Assembly (NCBI GenBank): GCA_033762115.1
Contig: JANRLX010000131.1
Location: 1-35,098 of the forward strand
Origin: Verrucomicrobiota bacterium
Lineage (GTDB): Bacteria > Verrucomicrobiota > Verrucomicrobiia > Limisphaerales > SXQI01
DNA: 35,098 nt
Direction of reading: 5' to 3'
The translations under genes were made by a program, and so were the position numbers. Below, in pieces: positions 1 through 8,620 of the stretch (the stretch's first letter is position 1; each line of letters opens with the position of its first letter). Under the pieces are notes generated by a model. It made no database searches. It was not told the DNA's origin and saw nothing but the letters and a program-made list of their open reading frames with translations.

Positions 1-77
1 GACCGTTCCAGCAGGCATGAGGGTTACCCTTGCCTGAAGGGAATGGCAAAGGCAAACACCATCGAAAAGGAAAAAAT

Positions 78-1622
78 TTGAGTCACTTTCCATGGATCAC
101 TTTTTTGACGCTGTTGACTGCGCCACTGACATCCTCAGCTGAGGTCAGGCTGGGAAGCCCTGTTCGATTACCGTATGGCGGCGCTCAGCTTACCGTCACC
201 GGTCAAAGCAGCGGCCTGGTGACCTTGCAATCCTCGACCGATTTGAATTCCTGGATGGATATTGCCACCAATCAGCTCAACGGAATTCCCTGGGTGGTCA
301 TTGACCCGCTGCCCGGCGGCACCCGTTTTTATCGAATCAGTCTCGTTAGCACGGGAGAGAGCCTGGGAGATTTATCACAATTGCAAAACCAGGTTTTTAC
401 CGCCGGTGAAGGCTTTAACACGATCCAGTATGCGCCTGATGGCAATCTGGCATTCATCGTCTGGCGCGGAAATCAGTTGCTTTATCGCCAGCGCAACCCG
501 GCTGGAAACTGGCTTGAGGAAACGATCTCTGGCGGTGGCGGCCTGTTCCAGGAAAACAGCTCACGCGAGGATTGGCATTTTCAACCGGGGGCCGCGTTGC
601 TCTTCGACAGTGCTTCCCGGGCGAATGTATTCAAGATTGAAGGCGCGCAAGTGGTCCATTATTTCCGTGGCGGCTCCGGCCAATGGACTGTCAAAGCACG
701 CCTTTCGGCCCCTGACCTCAATGGCGGCATTGCATTTTTGCGTGCTGCGATTGGCACGGGAAACAAGTTGCACCTTGGACTGATTGGCGTGGGGGATACT
801 CCGGCGATTGTTTATGGGACTGATCTGTCGGGCAACTGGCAATGGTCGCGTGTGACCAATATAGCCGCTTATCCCCGCTATTATCTGCCGCCTTCCTATG
901 CGGCCCGTTACTTCTCGCTGGCGGTCGACGCAGAAAACGCAGCCCATATTGCCTTTACCCCGGAATTTCGGATTCACTGGACCACCAGCGGGCATGCCCG
1001 ACCTTACAGCGAACTCCACTACACTTCAAATCGAGGCGGAGCGTGGTCTTTCAATAAAGTTTACTCTCCTCCCAATGATGATTCGGGTGATGCGGGACTG
1101 GGTTACAGCATCGCCATTGGCAAAAACAATCAGCCAGTCATTGCTCATTGGTACGTGGAGCGTGGCAATGGAGGATCAGCTCAGGAATCATACCTGTATC
1201 TGGCGCAATTCAATAATGGCATATGGAGTCGATCCCTTGTCTTGAAAACCCCGGATGGTTACGTTGCTGGGGATGGCGAAAAAGGTGCAGGATTCGCGCC
1301 CTACCTGCGCGTTGACGAGGCTGGACATCCTCACATTCTATTCAGTGACCACGCTTCCGAACATTTTACTCTTGGTCAAAATGAATATGCCGGGCAGATC
1401 AGGCATACCTGGCATGACGGCAGCAAGTGGAACACCCGCACTGTATTACAACAACAGAGTCCAATGCTGAACCAGGTGATCTATCCCGCTTTCGCAATTT
1501 CCGGCAACGAGATGGTTGTAACCGGGCTGCTGCGTGCGACTTTATGGAATGAAACAGATTACCCGAGAACTGTCCGCTCCAACTACCGGTTTATGTTCCT
1601 GGACCGGCAGAGAATCCAGTAG
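78..1622 (+). CDS. Secreted hypothetical protein, predicted beta-propeller with a small N-terminal module
   Basis: ORF is open from 30, but TTG at 78 follows AAGGA and gives a signal-peptide-like N-terminus (FPWITFLTLLTAPLTSSA). About 7 blade-like repeats, e.g. SLAVDAENAAHIAF..LHYTSNRGGAW and SIAIGKNNQPVIAH..LYLAQFNNGIW. Confidence 0.75.
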   Translation: MSHFPWITFLTLLTAPLTSSAEVRLGSPVRLPYGGAQLTVTGQSSGLVTLQSSTDLNSWMDIATNQLNGIPWVVIDPLPGGTRFYRISLVSTGESLGDLSQLQNQVFTAGEGFNTIQYAPDGNLAFIVWRGNQLLYRQRNPAGNWLEETISGGGGLFQENSSREDWHFQPGAALLFDSASRANVFKIEGAQVVHYFRGGSGQWTVKARLSAPDLNGGIAFLRAAIGTGNKLHLGLIGVGDTPAIVYGTDLSGNWQWSRVTNIAAYPRYYLPPSYAARYFSLAVDAENAAHIAFTPEFRIHWTTSGHARPYSELHYTSNRGGAWSFNKVYSPPNDDSGDAGLGYSIAIGKNNQPVIAHWYVERGNGGSAQESYLYLAQFNNGIWSRSLVLKTPDGYVAGDGEKGAGFAPYLRVDEAGHPHILFSDHASEHFTLGQNEYAGQIRHTWHDGSKWNTRTVLQQQSPMLNQVIYPAFAISGNEMVVTGLLRATLWNETDYPRTVRSNYRFMFLDRQRIQ

Positions 1623-1691
1623 GGCAGTCTTTGGGACCAAGCCTCGCTCCTCCTGAACCAACACTCGGGTGGCAGCGAGGCCCTTCTTATC

Positions 1692-1727
1692 AAAACAAAA
1701 AGCCACGGTCTGCATCGACCGTGGCTT
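1692..1727 (-). terminator. Intrinsic terminator of the TBDR-yfiR unit
   Basis: Perfect 11-bp stem AAGCCACGGTC (1700-1710) / GACCGTGGCTT (1717-1727), followed on the minus strand by a T-rich tail; about 20 nt after the YfiR-like stop. Confidence 0.8.
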
Positions 1728-1746
1728 GCCTGCGGAGAAATCCTCT

Positions 1747-2322
1747 TCAGGTTTTCCTCACTTTTTTTGCCAGCTTCTGAACTCGTTGGTCCAATGTGAC
1801 GGTCGCAGCTTTGGCAGCTTCAAGATTCAGGTTAAATCCGATTTTTGATCCGTCCTTCATGAAATTAATAATGCCGCCCTCGTCTAAAAATGAATCCTTT
1901 TCTCCAATCGTAAGGATCGGCTTTCCCTTGCTCTTTTTTGCGACCTCAGCTGCTTCCTCGATATCATTCACATAAACGATGTGGCATTCATCGACTGTCT
2001 CTGCGCTGGTCAATCTCCTGATCACGAACTCGCGACCGCTTGCATTTTTGCCCGCAATATTTTTTTCAAATGTCTGCGCCAGTTTATCATTTCCGTAAAA
2101 TCCGACCTGGATTGGAGCGGTGCTGGATGCAAATGCTGCCTCCGGCCAGACGGTGAATTTCGCGAAATTAAAAATAAACGCTGCTTTTACAGCCTCTTCT
2201 GACTGGGCAAACGCCTGCATCCCACCTGTGAAAATCAGGATTATTAGGAGAACACCCCTGATGCTTTTCGCAAAAAGGAAACCGCCCCTCGTTATTCCTG
2301 AACTATTGAAATGGTAATTCAA
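1747..2322 (-). CDS. YfiR/HmsC-family (DUF4154) periplasmic protein
   Basis: Signal peptide followed by EEAVKAAFIFNFAKFTVWP, CHIVYV, PILTIGE and GGIINF..KIGFNLNLEAA, typical of the family. Start codon uncertain. Confidence 0.88.
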   Translation of the reverse strand: MNYHFNSSGITRGGFLFAKSIRGVLLIILIFTGGMQAFAQSEEAVKAAFIFNFAKFTVWPEAAFASSTAPIQVGFYGNDKLAQTFEKNIAGKNASGREFVIRRLTSAETVDECHIVYVNDIEEAAEVAKKSKGKPILTIGEKDSFLDEGGIINFMKDGSKIGFNLNLEAAKAATVTLDQRVQKLAKKVRKT

Positions 2323-2337
2323 GGTGTAAACGTCAGT

Positions 2338-4350
2338 TTAAAATTGGAACACCAGTTTGCCATACACCGAGCGTTCCAACTCCATGATCAAGGGACTCAA
2401 AATCGGGGCAAACTCCGGATGCTGGGCGTCCAGAAGCTGTTGGCCAACGATGGAAAGCTCCAGATTTTTAGTCGGTTTCCAGGCCAGCCGCGCATCGGCG
2501 GAAAAATATTTTTCAATATGGAAGGAATTTATTTCCACTTCATCCACATACCGGCCCGTTACATCAAACTGAACATCCCGGCCCAAATCCACTGAATTTC
2601 GCAACACAATCGAATGGATGGGATTACTTTGCTCCGTGGTTTCTGAAATATTCGGGAATGTCCGGTGCAGTTCTGTCTTCAGAAGTGCATAGCTTCCGAT
2701 GATCCTCCAAAAATCGGTTGATTGAATAGTTAGTGAAAATTCCCCGCCGTACGTTTCTCCTTCGAGCGCATTGACGAAATAAATCGGGAGAACTGGAGCA
2801 AGAGCGGGAATTAGAGGGGTGACTGTCGATAGGTTATCGTATTGATTGTAGAACAAGGCTAGGTCCCAACTCATCCATTTGAACAGTTGGTTTCGATAGC
2901 CAAGCTCATAGGCGATCACTTCCTCAGATTTAAAATCCTGGCCTCCAAAAATGCGGACTGTGGTTGGCCCCATGGCAGCATAGTCCAACCCAATGGCATC
3001 TTCGGCGCGACTTGGGGTCCTCACCGCCCTCGAAACAGAACTCCAGAAAGTCTGATGAGCGGTTGGCTTGAAGGAAAGGCGGGCGCTTGGCTGCACTTCC
3101 ACCCCGGTGAAATCGTTATGCTCCACTTTGGTGCCCAGCGTCAGGGTCAACTCCTCCTCAAGAATCGCGAACTCATCCTGGACAAACGCACTCAGCACAT
3201 CCGCATTGAAATCTGCTGGCATGAATGAAGCCGATCCTGTTCCAGTGGTTTCATCCATGCTTCGCCTGTAACCTGCCCCATAAATGAGATTGTTCCGCTC
3301 ACCCAGCGCAAAGTGGTGCTGGAACTCGATATCGAAAACATCCCGTTTCTCCCCGATCCGGGCATTCATGCGCTCTGTCCGATCATAAAACAACTGCAAG
3401 CTCAATTCTGAACCCTCAGAAAGTACCCGGCTCCAGCGAGCCAAGAGATTCCCGCCATCGACCTCGCCGCGTTGGGTTGAAACAACAGCATTCCCGGGAA
3501 CTGAGGGAGTGGGGATCACAGTGGTCTGGTTCATCTCTCCCGTATAGACATCCCCCTGAAAAGTTAATGTGGCATGATCTGAAGGATACCAATCGAGGCG
3601 AAATCCTCCCTGGTAAAACTTGTAACGGTCATTTGCATCCGAACCGCCTGGCAACGCGGTGTCATCGTTCAGATCATACTTGCTGTAAACACGGATGAAA
3701 GTCTGGTCATTGATCTGACCGCCATACCGCAAGGCTCCCAGCAATGTTTTTTCTGTCCCGCTGGCAATTGAAACCAACCCTCCCTGCGTTTCTTTTGCGC
3801 TTTTTGTGACAATGTTGATCACGCCGTTGACTGCATTGGCACCCCATACCGTTGCACCCGGCCCACGAATCACTTCGATCCGGTCCACATCTTCCAGCAC
3901 CACATTCTGCACATCCCAGTAAACGCCGGAAAAGAGCGGTGTGTAAACCGAACGCCCATCAATCATGACAAGCAGTTTATTGGCGAACTGGCTGTTGAAA
4001 CCGCGTGAACTGATCGCCCAGGTCTGTCCATCCACCTGCGCCACATTCAACCCGGGAACAAGTCGCAAAGCTTCTGGAATGCTTGTTGCCCCGGAACGGC
4101 GGATATCCTCATTCGAAAGAACGGAAATGGCAGCGGCAGCATCGGATAATTTTTGTGCCTTTTTCGAAACGGAAGTGACTTCCACTTCAGCAAGCTTTTC
4201 CAGATCCAGCTCCATGAGCCTGGAATCATCTGCGGTGAGCCGGACAGTGGTCGCTCCTGCAAGTAAAACCGGGAGTAAAGTTCTGCCAGAAAAAATTGAG
4301 CCCCCCCATGGATGAAGAAATTTTTGTAGATGGTTGGCAAATATCAGCAC
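2338..4350 (-). CDS. TonB-dependent receptor
   Basis: Plug motifs (EVTSVSKK, IPEALRLVPG, LLVMIDGR, RIEVIRGPGATVWGANAVNGVINIVTK), barrel strands and a C-terminal Phe. ORF is open to 4422; GTG at 4350 chosen because it follows GAGGAAGG. Confidence 0.93.
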   Translation of the reverse strand: MLIFANHLQKFLHPWGGSIFSGRTLLPVLLAGATTVRLTADDSRLMELDLEKLAEVEVTSVSKKAQKLSDAAAAISVLSNEDIRRSGATSIPEALRLVPGLNVAQVDGQTWAISSRGFNSQFANKLLVMIDGRSVYTPLFSGVYWDVQNVVLEDVDRIEVIRGPGATVWGANAVNGVINIVTKSAKETQGGLVSIASGTEKTLLGALRYGGQINDQTFIRVYSKYDLNDDTALPGGSDANDRYKFYQGGFRLDWYPSDHATLTFQGDVYTGEMNQTTVIPTPSVPGNAVVSTQRGEVDGGNLLARWSRVLSEGSELSLQLFYDRTERMNARIGEKRDVFDIEFQHHFALGERNNLIYGAGYRRSMDETTGTGSASFMPADFNADVLSAFVQDEFAILEEELTLTLGTKVEHNDFTGVEVQPSARLSFKPTAHQTFWSSVSRAVRTPSRAEDAIGLDYAAMGPTTVRIFGGQDFKSEEVIAYELGYRNQLFKWMSWDLALFYNQYDNLSTVTPLIPALAPVLPIYFVNALEGETYGGEFSLTIQSTDFWRIIGSYALLKTELHRTFPNISETTEQSNPIHSIVLRNSVDLGRDVQFDVTGRYVDEVEINSFHIEKYFSADARLAWKPTKNLELSIVGQQLLDAQHPEFAPILSPLIMELERSVYGKLVFQF

Positions 4351-4826
4351 GCTATTTCCTTCCTCCCCTGGCGAGCCATGCATTGTTTGGTCATAGTTTT
4401 GATCCTGGGCAGCGGCGAACAATCTCCAGGATTCCTATTCTCTCGGAATATTGGGGGATTACTTTAGCGGAATTTTAGGTAAACCGTTGAAGCGGTGTCA
4501 CTCATGGAGGTGGATCGTCACACCATCTTCAACGAATCCTCATCATCCTGAGGTTGGAAGGAACGAGCAACAAGGCATCCATATCTTTGGCTGTGGCGAT
4601 TACCAAAAGCGAGGATCATGGCCGCCCCTCCATGGCAGCACGGGTGTAGTGGGCGCGTTGCAGTTGCCCACAATGCACAACTCTCCCGTGATCTCTTTAG
4701 TTTTAAATGGTCGTTTAAAACGAAGGAGAAGCTCATGAAGTTTTTGTTTGGAGAATCCTCGGTCCTGCATGTCCCTTTGTTTAAGACCTCGTTTCAGGGC
4801 GATCGGGCCATGCATCCAAGGTAAAA

Positions 4827-4903
4827 TGGCGGGAGTGGCGGGGCTCGAACCCGTAACCTCTGCCGTGACAGGGCAGCGCTCTAACCAATTGAGCTACACC
4901 CCC
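4827..4903 (-). tRNA. tRNA-Asp(GTC)
   Basis: Minus strand reads GGGGGTGTAGCTCAATTGGTTAGAGCGCTGCCCTGTCACGGCAGAGGTTACGGGTTCGAGCCCCGCCACTCCCGCCA: cloverleaf, anticodon arm CTGCC-CTGTCAC-GGCAG, TTCGA T-loop, encoded CCA. Confidence 0.98.
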
Positions 4904-4918
4904 GCAATGGGGCAGGCG

Positions 4919-4947
4919 AAACTATGCAATCTCCTCCTGTGTGTCAA
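4919..4947 (-). promoter_or_regulatory. Sigma70-type promoter of tRNA-Asp
   Basis: TTGACA (4947-4942), 17-nt spacer, TAGTTT (4924-4919); 15 nt upstream of the mature tRNA. Confidence 0.75.
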
Positions 4948-5193
4948 CCGGGTTTTCTGAAACAGAGAAAATTTCGCGATGGAAAAGGGTTCGGGCAGCA
5001 GACGCCAAGGAGGTGGGGGTGGGGAACCCCGCTGAAGAAACGTACCGCCACCCGAACTAAATCTTCCTGTTCCTACAATAGAACCGGTTGTTTAAAAGTC
5101 AATCAGTCTTAGGTGAATCCCTGATATACCCTCAGTTTCCAAATAGTGGCGAGTCTTGGTAGCCTGCCAATGAACAATCAGTTATCCTGCGGC

Positions 5194-6255
5194 ATGTACA
5201 TTTCCGGGATTGGTGTGGCGAACCCGCCGCAGCGTTACTCGCAGGCGGATTGCTGGAGGGCGCTGGAAAGTTCCCGGCACTTTTCCCATCTCAGGTCCCG
5301 TTCAAAAGCCATCCTTAAAAAAGTCCTCCTGACTGAAAATGGGATTCATCAACGAGCCCTGGTTTTTGAAAATCTTTCTGAAGCGTTTCATCTCGATCCT
5401 GACACGCTGCATGCCCGGTTCGAACAGCATGCCCCCCGTCTGGCCCGGCAGGCTGCTGAAGCTGCTTTGCGCAATTCCGGGATTGAGCGCACCTCCATTG
5501 GCGCTCTGATCGTCAGCACCTGCACTGGCTATCTCTGCCCGGGCCTGACCAGTTACGTGGCCGAGTCCCTTGAACTTCCTTCAAGCATCTTGTTGCTTGA
5601 TCAGGTGGGACAGGGATGTGGCGCAGCGATGCCAAACCTGCAAACCGCTTCTGCACTGCTCGATTCAGGTCAGGCCAGGGCGGTTCTATCCGTGTGTGTC
5701 GAAGTATGCAGCGCGGCTTTTTACCTTGATGATGATCCGGGCGTGCTGATCAGTTCCTGTCTTTTTGGGGATGGCGCAGCGGCTGCGGTGTTGACCCATG
5801 AATCATTGCCAAACAGGAGAATCGTCCGATGGAAATCATTTGCCACTCATTTGAACCCGGCTGATCGAAATCTCCTGCGATTTGAAACCCGGAATGGTAT
5901 GTTACGGAATGTCTTGAATAAAAGCGTTCCCCTGCTGGTGGTTTCCGGGGTCAATGCAGTTTTGGAAGAGTTGGAAACAAAGACTGCATTCAAGCGAGAT
6001 CAAATTTCCGAATGGATCATGCATGGGGGCGGGCGTGACATCCTTGCCGCATTGCAAGCCGCTCTTGCGCTTGAGGAGAGCGCCTTTCGCTGGAGCCGTC
6101 AGATTCTCGAACAATTCGGAAATATGAGCAGTCCGAGCGTTCTTTTTGCCCTGGACCGCGCACTGTCCGGCAATGCCAAAGGGGGACTTTGGTTCATGGC
6201 TGCCTATGGGGCTGGCATCACGACCCATGCCGCTTTTCTGGAGTTGCCGGAATGA
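5194..6255 (+). CDS. Type III polyketide synthase (chalcone/stilbene synthase family)
   Basis: STCTGYLCPG, catalytic Cys in GQGCGA, CVEVCS, LFGDGAAA, His in MHGGG, Asn in GNMSS. ORF is open from 5146; ATG at 5194 preferred. Confidence 0.95.
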   Translation: MYISGIGVANPPQRYSQADCWRALESSRHFSHLRSRSKAILKKVLLTENGIHQRALVFENLSEAFHLDPDTLHARFEQHAPRLARQAAEAALRNSGIERTSIGALIVSTCTGYLCPGLTSYVAESLELPSSILLLDQVGQGCGAAMPNLQTASALLDSGQARAVLSVCVEVCSAAFYLDDDPGVLISSCLFGDGAAAAVLTHESLPNRRIVRWKSFATHLNPADRNLLRFETRNGMLRNVLNKSVPLLVVSGVNAVLEELETKTAFKRDQISEWIMHGGGRDILAALQAALALEESAFRWSRQILEQFGNMSSPSVLFALDRALSGNAKGGLWFMAAYGAGITTHAAFLELPE

Positions 6256-6929
6256 AACGGGCATTGACTCGGGAGCTTCTGGATCATCTTCCTCCTGACG
6301 CGTTGGAAGCAATCGGTTCCCGGGCTGATCTGGTTAAAATCAACTGGCTGATGGGGAATGCTTCATTTCTCCAGCTGAACCAAATAAATCTTCCGGGGAA
6401 TCCTGTTATCGCTGACCTCGGGGGCGGGGATGGAACTTTTGCCCTTCGTGTCATTGAACGGAGCGGAGTCAAAAGTGGCACTCTGCTGCTGGTGGACCAG
6501 CAAAATATTGTGTCCCAGCAAACCAGAAGCCGTTTCGAGAAGCTCTCGTGGAAATTGGAAGTTCATGCAACCGACCTTTTTTTCTGGCTGGAACAGCAGG
6601 GCAAAAATTCCCTCGATGCGATTTTCAGCAATCTGTTTCTTCACCATTTTTCCGAGGAGCGACTCCTGCTCCTGTTTGAACGGGTGGCCACGCTGACAGA
6701 TCGCTTTCTTGCTTGTGAACCGCGTCGCAACCGCGCCGGGTTGATTACGGCCAAACTGCTTGGCTTGATTGGTTGCAATTCTGTTACCCAGCATGATGCG
6801 GTGGCCAGTGTTCACGCCGGTTTTTCCGGCTCTGAACTATCGGCTCTGTGGCCTGACTGTGCAGGCTGGAAGTTACGTGAGCGGCAAGCAGGTTTTTTCA
6901 CTCACTCATTTCAAGCGTTTCGCACATAA
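6252..6929 (+). CDS. Class I SAM-dependent methyltransferase
   Basis: ATGA overlap with the PKS stop; SAM motif IADLGGGDG; NLFLHHF; TQHDAVASVHAGF. Confidence 0.88.
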   Translation: MKRALTRELLDHLPPDALEAIGSRADLVKINWLMGNASFLQLNQINLPGNPVIADLGGGDGTFALRVIERSGVKSGTLLLVDQQNIVSQQTRSRFEKLSWKLEVHATDLFFWLEQQGKNSLDAIFSNLFLHHFSEERLLLLFERVATLTDRFLACEPRRNRAGLITAKLLGLIGCNSVTQHDAVASVHAGFSGSELSALWPDCAGWKLRERQAGFFTHSFQAFRT

Positions 6930-6930
6930 C

Positions 6931-7962
6931 TTGAATTTTCGTCCTTTAACGATTGTTGGCGGTGGTCTGGCCGGGCTGGCGACTGCCTTGCTCCTGCGTG
7001 AAAAAGATCTTCCGGTTGAATTGCATGAGGCGGGGAGTTACCCCCGGCATCGTGTTTGCGGAGAATTTATCAGTGGCGCTGGCCTTGATTTTTTAAGTTC
7101 GGCTCTGTTTAAGGACGACTCTCCGCCTTGGGAAGGCAAAGCAATCAACTCCGTTCGATGGCATCTGGATGGGCTGGAAATTAGCCTCTCTCTGCCGCAA
7201 CCAGCCTGCACTCTTTCCCGTCATGTGCTGGACCTGAAACTGGCCTGCTTGTTTCGAGATCGTGGTGGGGTGCTGCATGAAAATAGTCGAATCAACGCTT
7301 CAGGCCCTGGAGTTGTTCGCGCAACGGGGCGGCGTAGTGCCTCATCTGTTCATGGCTGGCGCTATTTTGGACTAAAAGTACACGCTGTGCTTCAGCATCC
7401 CCTGGCAGAATTAAGGGTGTTTCACACCATGCATGGGTATGTTGGAATTAACCCTGTGGAAGGTCACTGGGTTAACATTTGCGGGCTCTTCCGCACCGGG
7501 CAACCGGTGCCCGACCTTGCCACCCGCTGGCAGGAGTGGCTTTGTGATGATGGTTCTCCAGCCTTGCGCCAATTCCTCGCTGGCGCAGAGTTTCGAGATG
7601 GCAGTTTCACCGCCACAGCTGCTCTTCCCATGACACCACTTTCAGAAATCAGAAATCAGCCGCTTTGTCTTGGGGATGCAATGGGAATGATTCCGCCATT
7701 CACCGGGAACGGAATGTCAATTGCATTTGAATCCGCCATGATCGCCGCACCCGTTCTTGCCGCTTATTCCCGGCACCGCCTGGACTGGAATGAAACGGTG
7801 ACACTGATCCAATCAAAATTGGTTGCGGCTTTTCTTTACCGGATCCGCCGAGCTTACTGGATTCAACAACTGCTCTGGACAAAAACAGGACGTTTTTTCC
7901 TCTTTGGCACGGTCAAGGCAACTCCTTCCATGTTCTCCCTGATGTTTCGTTTAACGAGGTAA
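6931..7962 (+). CDS. FAD-dependent oxidoreductase (geranylgeranyl reductase / flavin monooxygenase-like)
   Basis: Rossmann motif IVGGGLAG, VCGEFIS and GDAMGMIPPFTGNGMSIAFESA. TTG at 6931 is 1 nt after the methyltransferase stop (ORF open from 6769). Confidence 0.88.
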   Translation: MNFRPLTIVGGGLAGLATALLLREKDLPVELHEAGSYPRHRVCGEFISGAGLDFLSSALFKDDSPPWEGKAINSVRWHLDGLEISLSLPQPACTLSRHVLDLKLACLFRDRGGVLHENSRINASGPGVVRATGRRSASSVHGWRYFGLKVHAVLQHPLAELRVFHTMHGYVGINPVEGHWVNICGLFRTGQPVPDLATRWQEWLCDDGSPALRQFLAGAEFRDGSFTATAALPMTPLSEIRNQPLCLGDAMGMIPPFTGNGMSIAFESAMIAAPVLAAYSRHRLDWNETVTLIQSKLVAAFLYRIRRAYWIQQLLWTKTGRFFLFGTVKATPSMFSLMFRLTR

Positions 7963-8081
7963 CGGGAGCTGTCTTTCTTCTTGAAATTTCGTCCTGTTCT
8001 GGGACAAATCGGAGACTTGGGGTCATGGTTTCTATTACCCTCGCCTCATGGCATTCCCTCTGCTAAGCAGCGGAGTCGAAG

Positions 8082-8615
8082 ATGAACCATATATCTTTAA
8101 TAAACTTTCTGCTCCTGCTCCTTTGTCTGCCCTGTATGGCGACTACCAAAGGAATTACTCTCGAAGAGTTGCGGAATGACCAGCAACTGACGCCGGAACG
8201 ATTCGCTTCGCAGTTTGCGTCGTTCGCTTTTGTTTTTCGCGCCGAAGTTCAAACACCTGAACTTTTTCTCTCCACCCGGGCAGGGGATTGCGATGATTAC
8301 TCCACCCTTGCAGCAGTCATTCTTCGAGAAAAAGGCTACACACCACGCCTGATCTCTGTGCGGATGAAAAAAGAAATTCATGTGGTCTGCTACATCGAGG
8401 AAACCAAAAGCTACCTTGATTATAATCTTCGCGCCCAGGAGATCAGGATGGTTCCCTGTGAACCTGATCTGGGAGCGATTGCCAACAAGGTCGCCAAATC
8501 ATTTAAATCGAGCTGGCGGTCCGTCTCAGAATTTACTTTTGAAGCTGATCGCCAGAAACGGCTGGTCAGCACTGTTAAAGCACCCAAAGGTCTCTTTGCC
8601 AGCGCCGGGTTTTAA
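8082..8615 (+). CDS. Secreted transglutaminase-like / BTLCP-like cysteine protease domain protein
   Basis: Hydrophobic signal peptide; GDCDDY, IHVVC and YLDYN provide a Cys-His-Asp triad. Confidence 0.72.
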   Translation: MNHISLINFLLLLLCLPCMATTKGITLEELRNDQQLTPERFASQFASFAFVFRAEVQTPELFLSTRAGDCDDYSTLAAVILREKGYTPRLISVRMKKEIHVVCYIEETKSYLDYNLRAQEIRMVPCEPDLGAIANKVAKSFKSSWRSVSEFTFEADRQKRLVSTVKAPKGLFASAGF

Positions 8616-8620
8616 TTAAC

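Noticed and set aside
40..80. GGCAAAC...GAAA resembling a c-di-GMP-I riboswitch upstream of the first gene
   Set aside because: The stem around GAAA does not pair and the downstream GACGCAAA-type element is absent.
1..4903. Genomic island integrated at tRNA-Asp
   Set aside because: No integrase, transposase or phage gene, and I saw no duplicated tRNA 3' end in the window. An island boundary outside the window cannot be excluded.
4451..5112. Short ORFs (60-95 aa) around the tRNA
   Set aside because: They overlap each other and the tRNA and show no motifs; the 4748-4960 ORF is the usual antisense translation of a tRNA.
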